Positions 8,345-17,563 of a stretch of DNA of 27,657 bases are shown here, in pieces. The notes beneath the pieces are model-generated. The model worked only from the letters and a program-made list of their open reading frames with translations, had not been told where the DNA came from and searched no databases. Source of the stretch: a virus (Duplodnaviria > Caudoviricetes); the IMG/VR virus record IMGVR_UViG_3300048578_000133, positions 1-27,657 of that record. One strand, given 5' to 3'. The number at the start of each line of letters is the position of its first letter. Position 1 is the stretch's first letter. A program made the position numbers and the translations under genes.

Positions 8345-8686
8345 ATGGGAGCAACAAATAACAAATATCGCTCATCTGCCGCAGTATTGGTTGCAGTGAC
8401 TTATGCCGCTGTAATGAGCGCTGAGGTGTGGAATGAAAAAACTGTGGTTACTGTGGCAAGCATGACAGGTGCCGGAACGCTTAACCTAGATGTTAACGAA
8501 AGGACAACCGCAGGAGACACTCTTATTGTTAAGGCCAGTGCAGATGCTACTGGTAGAACCTTAACATTTGGTACAGGTTTTACTGCGGCACCTTATGCAA
8601 TTGCATCAAGTAAAAGCGTTGCCATAAGCTTTGTTTACGATGGTTCAAAATTCGTGCAAGCTGCCGCACCAGCGGTTCTAAACTAA
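8345..8686 (+). CDS. Putative capsid decoration protein
   Basis: 113 aa, Ala/Thr/Val-rich beta-type protein immediately after the capsid gene. Confidence 0.5.
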   Translation: MGATNNKYRSSAAVLVAVTYAAVMSAEVWNEKTVVTVASMTGAGTLNLDVNERTTAGDTLIVKASADATGRTLTFGTGFTAAPYAIASSKSVAISFVYDGSKFVQAAAPAVLN

Positions 8687-8690
8687 ACTT

Positions 8691-9134
8691 ATGCGGAGTA
8701 TTAAATACATAGTTGTGCATTGCACCGGAGGAAACCCAAATGAAACCATACAGCAACTTAAAAATGGCTTTAAAGCCTTAGGTTGGAAAAACAATGGTTA
8801 CCACATAGTTGTGGACGGTAAAGGTGCAAGGCACAACATTACTCCGCTAAATCAGCTTGCAAATGGAGTGGCTGGCCACAACTCAAAATCAATTCATGTT
8901 AGTTACATGGGTGGAAAAGTAGTTAAAGGAAAGCCAGTTGACACACGCACTGAAGAGCAAAAAACCGAATTGTTAAAAATACTAAAAGAATTAAAAAACC
9001 AGTTTCCAACAGCTGTAATTGTTGGGCACAGAGATTTTAGCGCAGACACCAATAAGAATGGAGTAATAGACCATTTTGAATGGATTAAAGCCTGTCCTTG
9101 TTTCGATGCAAAAAAAGAATATGAAAACATTTAA
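8691..9134 (+). CDS. Endolysin, N-acetylmuramoyl-L-alanine amidase (T7 lysozyme-like)
   Basis: IVVHCT, GYH, GH-N..SI, GHRD and KACPCFD zinc-amidase motifs. Confidence 0.93.
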   Translation: MRSIKYIVVHCTGGNPNETIQQLKNGFKALGWKNNGYHIVVDGKGARHNITPLNQLANGVAGHNSKSIHVSYMGGKVVKGKPVDTRTEEQKTELLKILKELKNQFPTAVIVGHRDFSADTNKNGVIDHFEWIKACPCFDAKKEYENI

Positions 9135-9612
9135 AACACTGTTCTTTTCCATTTTTATTGTTATGCTACTTGTATCAGTGGGTTGCAAATCATCGCAACC
9201 CACAGTTCAGGTGGTTCACGACAGTATTTTTGTTGAAAAGACAAAAACCGTTACCATAGTGGATACGGTAATTAAAATACCTGCTTCGCATGTTGGATTA
9301 ACATTTCCTTGCGATTCGTTTAAACAGGGTTTAAAACCTGTTTCAAAAACAGTTAAAAACGCAAAACTAACTGTCCATCGACAGAGTGGTAACACTTTAA
9401 AAATTGACTGCAATTGCGATACTGTTGAGATTAAGGCCAAACTATTACATACTTTAGAAACAGAGTACAAGGCACGAAGTCAGATTCAGAATTCAACAAA
9501 AATAGAACAGGTTAAATATACACCGTGGCATATCAAAGCCCTTGCGTGGCTCGGTGGCCTGTTCTTAATTGGTTTAGTGGGCTATTTCGTATTTAAAGCG
9601 GTATTGCGATGA
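9121..9612 (+). CDS. Lipoprotein with C-terminal transmembrane helix, probable unimolecular spanin
   Basis: From ATG 9121: MKTFKTLFFSIFIVMLLVSVG-C lipobox; C-terminal ALAWLGGLFLIGLVGYFVF; overlaps the endolysin stop. Confidence 0.7.
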   Translation: MKTFKTLFFSIFIVMLLVSVGCKSSQPTVQVVHDSIFVEKTKTVTIVDTVIKIPASHVGLTFPCDSFKQGLKPVSKTVKNAKLTVHRQSGNTLKIDCNCDTVEIKAKLLHTLETEYKARSQIQNSTKIEQVKYTPWHIKALAWLGGLFLIGLVGYFVFKAVLR

Positions 9613-9998
9613 CAAAAAGTTTATCAGAATTAAACCAAGAAGCACAAGCGCTACTTGTTAAATATGGTGTAAATAAAATTTACGCCACATCAGATGGCCA
9701 GTTTTTTTTACTGGAGTCTAGAGCGCATTTACATGCGGGCAAAAACCACACTGTTTACCCGATAGAGGCAAACGAAAAAGAGGTTGTTACAAATAGTGCA
9801 GAAGGTGATACAAAAGAAGCATTATCAGTAAAAGCTTTAACAGAGCTTATTGCAGGTGAAAACGACTTAGAAAAAGTACACTTAATGCTACTTGAAGAAA
9901 TTGCCGGACAAAATAGAAAAAGCGCCATTGCGGCCTTCGAAAAACGAATTGCAATTTTAACAGACTTAAGAACTAAGGAGGACATAAAACATGAGTAA
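9609..9998 (+). CDS. Hypothetical phage protein
   Basis: 129-aa ORF overlapping both neighbours. Confidence 0.7.
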   Translation: MTKSLSELNQEAQALLVKYGVNKIYATSDGQFFLLESRAHLHAGKNHTVYPIEANEKEVVTNSAEGDTKEALSVKALTELIAGENDLEKVHLMLLEEIAGQNRKSAIAAFEKRIAILTDLRTKEDIKHE

Positions 9999-11232
9999 TG
10001 TTTTTGATGGTGTTAATGTTAATAAGCTAAATGGTTTATTAGGCGAAAGCGCACCGGGTACAGACAATGTTTGTATCTTAATTTATGCAATTGCAGTTGC
10101 TAAACTTCCAGCTGGTGTTTCTCATAATACAGCTTATGAGCTGTTGCAGAAAGAAGATGCAATTGCACTTGGTTTTACGGCCGCACATGATGCTAACGAA
10201 AGTATTTATGCGCTAGGCACTATTCAAGAAACCTTTAGTTATGCCCCCAATTGTGTTATACACTTAATTCCTGTAAACACAGGAGCATCGCCTGATACTA
10301 TTTTGGGCCTTGATGCTGTTAAAGCGGCTATTAGAACTGCTGCTGATGCTAAAGGTATAGCAATTGGTGGAACCGCAGAAACCGCAGTAGAACTAGCTAC
10401 CAAGGTTGAGTTAGTGCAAGCTGTAGTTAATGCATTTGCTGGTGAACACCGCAGAATTGATTTTGTTCTTCTTCAGGGTAACAATAAAACAGGAGATGAT
10501 GCTTGGGAAATTGCCGATTTGGTTGATTTACGCACAAAGAATGCCCCAAATGTTTCTGTTTCAATTGCCCAAGACCCATTTGTTGCACAGCTTGACCCTG
10601 CCTATGCACTGCAAGCTGATATTGGTTGTACGCTAGGAATGATTATGGCTCGTAAGGTTAATGAAAACTTAGGTTCTGTTGATATCATCAATAAGCCTGA
10701 TGCATACAAAGCTGACCAAAATTACACTTTAACGCGTGGTGATAGATGGAAAGCTGCACAGCTAAGTAATGGAGTTAAGTTAACAGAAGTAAGCCCTGTA
10801 ACACAAACAGCCATAACTAATAAAGGTTACATTTTTGCAGGTTCTTACGAAGGTTATGCGGGTAAGTATTTTAACGATTCGCCAACTTGTGTGGCCGCTA
10901 CAAGCGATTATAATCGAATTGAAAATAACCGCACTTGGAATAAAGCAGCTCGTTTACTTCGTTCGGTATTGATACCTAAAGTTAAGGGTGTAGTTAAAAA
11001 AAATCCTTCAACCGGGTTTATCAAATCAACCACCATTGCACAATGGATGGGCTTATGTAACAAGGCTCTAAACTCAATGCTTTTGGCCGATGAAATAAGC
11101 GGTTTTGAAGTAAATATACCGGCAAATCAAATTCCTTCAGCAACCACCCCTGTTAAAGTTAAAGCAATGGTAGTTAAAGATGGCATTGCGCACTCATTTG
11201 ATATTGATTTAGGACTAACAAACCAAGCATAA
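9991..11232 (+). CDS. Tail sheath protein (DUF2586-like)
   Basis: KGYIF...Y.G..G.YFNDS.T and DY..IENNRT.NKAAR motifs; precedes the tube gene. Confidence 0.85.
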   Translation: MSNVFDGVNVNKLNGLLGESAPGTDNVCILIYAIAVAKLPAGVSHNTAYELLQKEDAIALGFTAAHDANESIYALGTIQETFSYAPNCVIHLIPVNTGASPDTILGLDAVKAAIRTAADAKGIAIGGTAETAVELATKVELVQAVVNAFAGEHRRIDFVLLQGNNKTGDDAWEIADLVDLRTKNAPNVSVSIAQDPFVAQLDPAYALQADIGCTLGMIMARKVNENLGSVDIINKPDAYKADQNYTLTRGDRWKAAQLSNGVKLTEVSPVTQTAITNKGYIFAGSYEGYAGKYFNDSPTCVAATSDYNRIENNRTWNKAARLLRSVLIPKVKGVVKKNPSTGFIKSTTIAQWMGLCNKALNSMLLADEISGFEVNIPANQIPSATTPVKVKAMVVKDGIAHSFDIDLGLTNQA

Positions 11233-11233
11233 G

Positions 11234-11668
11234 ATGCCAACAGTAATAGAAAATAAATTCGGAAAGCTTGTAGGCTGGAACCGAATAACCGTAAACATTT
11301 TAGGCCGCGACCTAGAAGGTATTGCACGTATAGCTTATGGCGACAGTACAGTTAAAACAAACGCATACGGTGCTGGCAAATATCCGGTTGGCCGCGAAGA
11401 GGGCAATTATGAGTGTAAAGAACTTGTACTGGGCCTTTTTGAAGAAGAGGTACGTGGTATATTATTAAGTATACCGGGTAAAAGGATAACCGACATTGAA
11501 ATGTTTGATACTGTAGTTGAGTACGAACTACCAAATGGTGTTATTCTTCGCGACAGGATAATGAACTGCGAGTTTACAGACAATTCAAAAGATGTTAAAC
11601 AAGGTGATGGCAAAATTGTAACAGAGTACAAGCTTATCGCCTCTCATGTTAACTGGAACACAATCTAA
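11234..11668 (+). CDS. Tail tube protein
   Basis: 144 aa after the sheath; YGAG.YPVGR..GNY and CEFT...K...QGD motifs. Confidence 0.8.
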   Translation: MPTVIENKFGKLVGWNRITVNILGRDLEGIARIAYGDSTVKTNAYGAGKYPVGREEGNYECKELVLGLFEEEVRGILLSIPGKRITDIEMFDTVVEYELPNGVILRDRIMNCEFTDNSKDVKQGDGKIVTEYKLIASHVNWNTI

Positions 11669-11669
11669 T

Positions 11670-12014
11670 ATGAAAGTAGATCAAAACAACATGAAGCCTG
11701 TTGATGATTTGGCAAACGAAATCAACGGATGGAAGGCTAAGTATGGCGAACACAATGTTCATCAAGCCGACATTGAAAGTGATGAAGGTATACTTACCTA
11801 CATCATAAGGAAACCCGGTAGAAAAGAGATTGATGCAATGGCACATCACAAATCAAACAATGATGTTACCAAAGCCAATAATGTGCTTATTTCAAACTGT
11901 ATTTTACATGGCGATAAGGATATTATAGAGCGTGATGGTGATGTGTATGCTGAGGTTCTTTTAAAGATATCTGCACTTGTTAAAAAGCGCGAATCGGCAA
12001 TAAAAAAGCTTTAG
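11670..12014 (+). CDS. Tail assembly chaperone (gpG-like)
   Basis: Between tube and tape measure; WKAKYG and RKPGR motifs; ends ATA AAA AAG CTT TAG. Confidence 0.8.
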   Translation: MKVDQNNMKPVDDLANEINGWKAKYGEHNVHQADIESDEGILTYIIRKPGRKEIDAMAHHKSNNDVTKANNVLISNCILHGDKDIIERDGDVYAEVLLKISALVKKRESAIKKL

Positions 12015-12250
12015 CCCGTTGGGAACTTAAACCTCCTGAAAGCCCGGAGGAGGAAAGCCTAAGGGGCTTGGCTCAGGGCGATGCCATAATACAAGTTTGT
12101 TATGGTATCGACCCCGAGAGCCTATCGGACGATGAATGGGCTAAACTCATTCAACAATACAAGTTTGTGGAGCAGCTTAAATCTGTTCAATTCAGAAACA
12201 ATATGAGAATAGTACTGCAAGAGGCACTAAATGCAGTTTTTGGTAATTAA
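12002..12250 (+). CDS. Tail assembly chaperone -1 frameshift extension (gpT-like)
   Basis: A-AAA-AAG at 12002-12008; the -1 frame is open and continuous with tracked ORF 12068-12250 (IDPESLSDDEWA). Confidence 0.82.
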   Translation, partial: KKALARWELKPPESPEEESLRGLAQGDAIIQVCYGIDPESLSDDEWAKLIQQYKFVEQLKSVQFRNNMRIVLQEALNAVFGN

Positions 12251-12252
12251 CA

Positions 12253-14292
12253 ATGGCAGAACAAAAAACAAGTTGGATACTAGAGCTAGTTGACAAAGTT
12301 AGCGGCAACATGAAACAAGTTACAGCATCGGTTGAAAAGTCCGAGGCTGCAATTGACCATGTTGTTACTGGTATCAGCAGTTTAGAAAGTACCATGCAAA
12401 GCAGTAGTCAAGACATGGTTTCTGAACTACAAAAAATTGTTTCTGCTGTAGTTGATTTGGGTGAAAAGTTTGACCAAACAGGTAAAAAGGGTGAAGACTC
12501 TAATAACCGAACCGAAAAAAGCCTAAAACTACTTGCCGTTCAGGCCGGAAGTGAGGCTATTCAGAATTTAGGCCAGCCATTTCTTGATGGTGCTGAAGGT
12601 ACATATCATTTTGATGCATCATTAAGACAGCTGTCATCTATTACCGGAGTTGTTGGAGATGGGTTAACCGATATTGGTGAACGCGCAAGAAAAAATGCCA
12701 AAGATTTTGGTGGCGATGCATCCTCAGCATTAGACTCATATACCATTTTACTTAGTAAACTAACTCCTGAAATAGCAAAAAGCCCGGAGGCTTTAGAAAT
12801 GATGGGAACAAGCGTTGCTAAGTTGGGAGAAACCATGAAAGGAGATTTAGTTGGTGCTGCAAACTCTGCATCAGCAGCCATGAATCAATTTGATGTTGAC
12901 ATGACCGACCCCATAAAAGCAGCTAAAGAAATGGATAGCATGCTAAATATGATGGTTGCATCAGCAAATGTTGGTTCGCAGGATGTTCCGGTAGTTGCAC
13001 AGGCGTTAGAAGAGGTTGGTGCTGTAGCCAAAAATGCAAATGTTTCATTCGCTGAAACAAATGGTTTACTTCAGGTACTTGGTAAATACGGAAAAGAAGG
13101 TGCTGAAGGTGGACGCGCTTTAAGAAACGTGTTAGGCATTTTGGCAAAAGAAGACTTTTTACCAAAAGAAGTACGTGAACAGTTGGAAGCAACTGGGGTT
13201 AATATTCAGGCATTAACGGATAAGACTCAACCATTAACAACCCGACTATCTGAACTTAAAAAAATAGGCGGTAACGATGCATTACTTGGTGCCATGTTTG
13301 GAACTGAAAATACAGTTGCAATAATGGGCCTATTAAATAGACTAGACCTTGTAAAACAATACACTGGAGAAATTGAAAGTAGTACCACCGCATTAAATGA
13401 TGCAGTTGCAATTTTAGGGGAAGGTTATCAAGAGCAAAAAGATAGGATACATTCATTTTTTGAGGATTGGAAATTAAGTATTTACGGTGCAACTGGAGCT
13501 ATGCTTCCTTTTATTGATGTTGGGTTAAGTGGCATACTTGGGTTAATAAATTTGGCCCCGGGAATAATGGCTAGTGTAGAGTTGTTTAATCTTTTAGGTA
13601 AAAGCCAATGGGTAGCAGCGGCAGGCACAAAAGCAGTAGCAGCGGCACAATGGTTATGGAATGCGGCTTTAACAGCAAACCCTATTGGTATTGTAATAAC
13701 AGCCATTGCGGCACTTGTGGCTGGTGTGGTTTGGGCTTATCATGAGTTTGATAATTTCAGAGCAACCGTTTGGGGTGTATGGGAAGCTGTTAAGCAGGTG
13801 TTTGATAATATTTTTGGATTCTTCGAACGTCTTATTGCGCCTGTAATTGGAGCAATTGGTGCAGCTAAAGAAGGTAACTGGGGTGAAGCGGCTAAGCAAG
13901 CTGGTTTAGCGGTGTTTAATTTAACCCCTGTAGGTGTAGCTGCAAATGCAGTTAGTTATGCTTCTGAAGGTGGATTTACAAAAGGTGTTAGTGATGCTTA
14001 CACCGATGGAAGAGTACAATCTTTCGCAGCTGATGCTTCAAAAAAAGAAAATGGAGTTGATGCTTCAGTAAATAAAAGCAAAGTAGAAAAAGGAATAGCC
14101 CCTGTTTTTGGTGCTAAGGATGCACCCGGACTAAGTATATCAGGTAGTGGTGGTGGTAAATCGGTTATTATGAATGTTGAAATTAAAAACACTTTCAGCA
14201 ATATTAAGAGTGAAATGGATGTGCGCAAAATAGCCGATGATGTGGCAAGGGTGATAACAGATAGAATGAGAGATACTTTAATTACTGCCTAA
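12253..14292 (+). CDS. Tail tape measure protein
   Basis: 679 aa, Ala/Gly-rich helical; AEGGRALRNVL core and AAQWLWNAALTANPIG motif. Confidence 0.92.
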   Translation: MAEQKTSWILELVDKVSGNMKQVTASVEKSEAAIDHVVTGISSLESTMQSSSQDMVSELQKIVSAVVDLGEKFDQTGKKGEDSNNRTEKSLKLLAVQAGSEAIQNLGQPFLDGAEGTYHFDASLRQLSSITGVVGDGLTDIGERARKNAKDFGGDASSALDSYTILLSKLTPEIAKSPEALEMMGTSVAKLGETMKGDLVGAANSASAAMNQFDVDMTDPIKAAKEMDSMLNMMVASANVGSQDVPVVAQALEEVGAVAKNANVSFAETNGLLQVLGKYGKEGAEGGRALRNVLGILAKEDFLPKEVREQLEATGVNIQALTDKTQPLTTRLSELKKIGGNDALLGAMFGTENTVAIMGLLNRLDLVKQYTGEIESSTTALNDAVAILGEGYQEQKDRIHSFFEDWKLSIYGATGAMLPFIDVGLSGILGLINLAPGIMASVELFNLLGKSQWVAAAGTKAVAAAQWLWNAALTANPIGIVITAIAALVAGVVWAYHEFDNFRATVWGVWEAVKQVFDNIFGFFERLIAPVIGAIGAAKEGNWGEAAKQAGLAVFNLTPVGVAANAVSYASEGGFTKGVSDAYTDGRVQSFAADASKKENGVDASVNKSKVEKGIAPVFGAKDAPGLSISGSGGGKSVIMNVEIKNTFSNIKSEMDVRKIADDVARVITDRMRDTLITA

Positions 14293-14960
14293 TGGATTTT
14301 AGAAACGACATAGGTACTTTATTTGAGTTGGCTTTTGGTGTAAAAATGCCTGTTTTTATTCCTTATCCATTAGAGGTTAACAGACCTGATTTACCATCTT
14401 TTAAGCAAGGGAATAATACAGCAAACGATTTACCCGGATACAGCAATGTTAGCACTAAGGCTGATCAGTTAAGCACGCGTAAAAGCCATTTTGGGTTACC
14501 TGTTTTTTCTCCAATAGCGTTTATAGGCAGGCAGTATAAAATGTTTGACAGAAGTGGTGTTTTGATTGATGTTAATATGCCAACATTTTCAATGCCTGCA
14601 ACTACATTAGTTGATTTTAGTCGTTCGAAAATACTTGCAGAAACTCCACAAAATGCGGGTGAAGGAGCCGTAGTAGAAATGTTTGGTTTTGAAAACTGGG
14701 CAATACGAATACGTGGTTTATGTATAATGGATCAAGCTCACCCCACCCATAAAACAGCACAGGAGCAAAAAGAAGAGATTTTGTTGTGGGAAAGTTTGGC
14801 ATCTGGAGTATATGTGGCTGGTGATGTTTTTACCGAAAAAAACATTCAGTACATGGCTATAAAATCAATAAACATTAGCCAATTAGAAGGCCGTCCAAAT
14901 GTTGTTCCTTTTGAAATGAACTGTATTAGCCTAACACCTCCTGAATACCAGTTTTTATGA
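14292..14960 (+). CDS. Tail/baseplate protein (DUF6046-like tube initiator)
   Basis: Follows the tape measure gene; G.VVE.FG...W.IRIRG motif. Confidence 0.65.
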   Translation: MDFRNDIGTLFELAFGVKMPVFIPYPLEVNRPDLPSFKQGNNTANDLPGYSNVSTKADQLSTRKSHFGLPVFSPIAFIGRQYKMFDRSGVLIDVNMPTFSMPATTLVDFSRSKILAETPQNAGEGAVVEMFGFENWAIRIRGLCIMDQAHPTHKTAQEQKEEILLWESLASGVYVAGDVFTEKNIQYMAIKSINISQLEGRPNVVPFEMNCISLTPPEYQFL

Positions 14961-15919
14961 AAGTAATGACGTGTTTAATTGAGTTTCCCGGAAACACATT
15001 ATTGAAAGAAATGCGTAAGCCAGCAAGTATTCATATTGACACCTCATTTAAGGAGTTAATTGCTAAAGCTGAGATTACTCTTCCTCGTAACGTGTCGTTC
15101 TTTGATAAATATAAACCACGGGAGGTATTTAAAAGAGACCAGCCTGTAATAATATCATACGGATATAACGGCAATCTTATAAAGCGATTTACAGGGTACA
15201 TTGTTGGCGTTTCGGCTGATTATCCAATAACCATAAAGCTACAGGATGAAATGTACATGGTTAAAAAGATTCCAGTTAATTATTCTGCAAAAAGTACAAC
15301 ACTTGATCAGCTGCTAAAAAGTATTGTTAAAGGTTATACAATAAATGCGCTAGAAGGTGTTCAACTTGGTTCTATAAGGCTTGCAAAAACCCATGTTGGA
15401 GCTGTGCTTGAAAAAATCAGAAGCGATTTTGGTATTTACTCATACATGGATGGTAAAACGCTTATTAGTGGTAAGTACTATGCCGATAACACAACCGATA
15501 AAATAGAAACATTAAACCTTGATACGTTCATTGCCGAAAACTCCCTTGAATACACAAATACCGATGATGTAATTGCATTAGTTAAAGGTAAAACAACGGT
15601 AAAGAATGTGAAAGTTGAGTATCAAATTGGGCAAGAAGGTGGAGACGTTTACGATTTTGAATACAAGCTTGCTACAAGTTTAGATGTTCTTAAAAGCAAA
15701 GTTAATTCAGATTACGCTAGAATAAGAAGAGGCGGATATAAAGGTACATTATCTGCATTTGGTGAACCGCATTTTAAACATGGTTTAAAAGTAAATTTAG
15801 TAAGTACGATTTACCCTGATAGAAATGGTACTTACTACATTGATGCAGTAACTGAAGATTATAGCGAACAAGGTATTAGACAAACTTTAATTTTTGGCGG
15901 AATAGGTACAACAATATGA
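14957..15919 (+). CDS. Baseplate hub protein (Mu gp44 / P2 gpD-like)
   Basis: AEITLP, YGYNG...FTGY, GYKGTL..FG.P and GTYYID.V motifs. Confidence 0.78.
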   Translation: MKVMTCLIEFPGNTLLKEMRKPASIHIDTSFKELIAKAEITLPRNVSFFDKYKPREVFKRDQPVIISYGYNGNLIKRFTGYIVGVSADYPITIKLQDEMYMVKKIPVNYSAKSTTLDQLLKSIVKGYTINALEGVQLGSIRLAKTHVGAVLEKIRSDFGIYSYMDGKTLISGKYYADNTTDKIETLNLDTFIAENSLEYTNTDDVIALVKGKTTVKNVKVEYQIGQEGGDVYDFEYKLATSLDVLKSKVNSDYARIRRGGYKGTLSAFGEPHFKHGLKVNLVSTIYPDRNGTYYIDAVTEDYSEQGIRQTLIFGGIGTTI

Positions 15920-16440
15920 GCGAAGCTGTAAGGGATTTAATTAAGGCTATGCGAGAAACAAATGAGTCTTTAGTAACTGTATCAACACGTGTTGTTACTG
16001 CTAAAGATGTTGATTGGGAAGCCAAAACAATGACAGCGATAGGTGTTAGTGATGAGCTTGAATACTACGATGTGATGTTAGGTCTTGGGTCAATTCATTG
16101 TAAACCTAAAATAGGCACATTATGCCTGATTGGTGTTATTGAAAACAAGCAAGCCGAAGCTTTTTTAATTGAAGCGCAAGAGTTAGATGATGTAGAAGTG
16201 AACACTTTGAATTTAGTATTTAACAGTGGTGTAAATGGCGGGTTGGTAAAAGTTACAGTACTTCAGCAAGAACTTAATAAGCTTATGGATTTTTGCAATA
16301 CACTACGCATTGCAACTCAAACTATGGCTACTGCACTGGAAGCATTACTTCCGGGAACAGGTTCAGCTTTTAATACAGCAATGACAGGTAAGACTACAGG
16401 AGATTTCAGTGGAATTGAAAATGATAAAATAAAACATTGA
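15916..16440 (+). CDS. Baseplate spike/assembly protein (gpV/gp45-like)
   Basis: OB-fold-like N-terminus with PKIGT.CLIG and NGGLVKV; follows the hub gene. Confidence 0.65.
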   Translation: MSEAVRDLIKAMRETNESLVTVSTRVVTAKDVDWEAKTMTAIGVSDELEYYDVMLGLGSIHCKPKIGTLCLIGVIENKQAEAFLIEAQELDDVEVNTLNLVFNSGVNGGLVKVTVLQQELNKLMDFCNTLRIATQTMATALEALLPGTGSAFNTAMTGKTTGDFSGIENDKIKH

Positions 16441-16712
16441 TGGCTAAAGACATACTTAGGGATGCAGAAGGTGATGTACTGCTAAGTCCAACTGGTATTT
16501 TACATGGTGAAAGTGAGTATCAAGAAGTGGCTCTGCTGTTAAGTTTAAATCCGGGTGATTTAAAACATGCTCCACTATTAGGGCCATCACTAATTAGATA
16601 TGTTAAATCAGCTGCACCACAAGAAAAAATAGAGAGTGAATTGTCCTTGCACTTTAAAATGGATAATAAAGATTTTAGGAAATACAAAAAATACATCAAT
16701 ACAAAACGATGA
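16437..16712 (+). CDS. Small baseplate protein (gp25/gp46-like)
   Basis: 91 aa with PGDLKHAPLLG motif; synteny. Confidence 0.6.
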   Translation: MMAKDILRDAEGDVLLSPTGILHGESEYQEVALLLSLNPGDLKHAPLLGPSLIRYVKSAAPQEKIESELSLHFKMDNKDFRKYKKYINTKR

Positions 16713-17272
16713 TTAACTACATAATTAAAGGCTTTGGTTACGATAGCATAGCCGATTACAAGCGTAGCATGTACGGCTTATTTTTCAATGGGAAACAAAT
16801 TGAAGTCAAATTACTGCTACTATCATTTCCGGGACTTATTAGAATGTTTGTAAAAGATGCGATTGGGTTTGATTTGCCTGTATTGTTTGCATTTGTTTTC
16901 TTAATAGTTGCAGAGTTTCAAACAGGTGTAAAAGTGGCAAAACTTAAACGCGGTGAGCGTTTCAGAAGCAGACCAGTTGGTCGTATGATTATTAAAATAG
17001 GCACATACATAGCCATACTTTGGTGTTTAAATACATTTAGTAAAGGTATTGATGCGCCCGACATAATGGGTGTGGGCCTTAATCCGCTTACATGGCTGTA
17101 TTACGTTGCCCTGTTCTTCATCATTTTTCAGCTATTAATTAGTTGGTTCGAAAATTTGGGTAGCCTAGGTTATAAAGAAGCAGGAGGCTTGGTTGGATAC
17201 TTACTTAGAAAGTTTAATAAGTGGTTTGAGTTTGACGGAACAAAAGACAATAGCCATGATAATAATAGTTGA
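16709..17272 (+). CDS. Holin (phage holin 4-like)
   Basis: About three hydrophobic segments; E..TG..A...S....R...K and S..ENL motifs. Confidence 0.7.
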   Translation: MINYIIKGFGYDSIADYKRSMYGLFFNGKQIEVKLLLLSFPGLIRMFVKDAIGFDLPVLFAFVFLIVAEFQTGVKVAKLKRGERFRSRPVGRMIIKIGTYIAILWCLNTFSKGIDAPDIMGVGLNPLTWLYYVALFFIIFQLLISWFENLGSLGYKEAGGLVGYLLRKFNKWFEFDGTKDNSHDNNS

Positions 17273-17561
17273 AGAAGGTCAAACTTTAATTGATATAGCA
17301 ATTCAGGAATACGGCTGCATTGAAGCTGTTTCCTATTTGTGCGAGGACAATAATTTTTCTTTAGATGAGACTTTAAACCCCGATCAAAAAGTAAAAATAC
17401 GAGATGTTATTCCAAATATAAATGGCTCAAACATCGAAGTTTTAAATATTCAAAAAAGCAAAAGAACAATAATAAACAGTGGAATAGCGCCAATTCAAAC
17501 CGTAACACCAACAACCGGATTTTTTGACGATAATTTTTACGATACAGAATTTTACGAATAA
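17256..17561 (+). CDS. LysM-like tail/baseplate protein (gpX-like)
   Basis: From ATG 17256: VEEGQTLIDIAIQEYG...L.PDQKVKI. Confidence 0.72.
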   Translation: MIIIVEEGQTLIDIAIQEYGCIEAVSYLCEDNNFSLDETLNPDQKVKIRDVIPNINGSNIEVLNIQKSKRTIINSGIAPIQTVTPTTGFFDDNFYDTEFYE

Positions 17562-17563
17562 CA

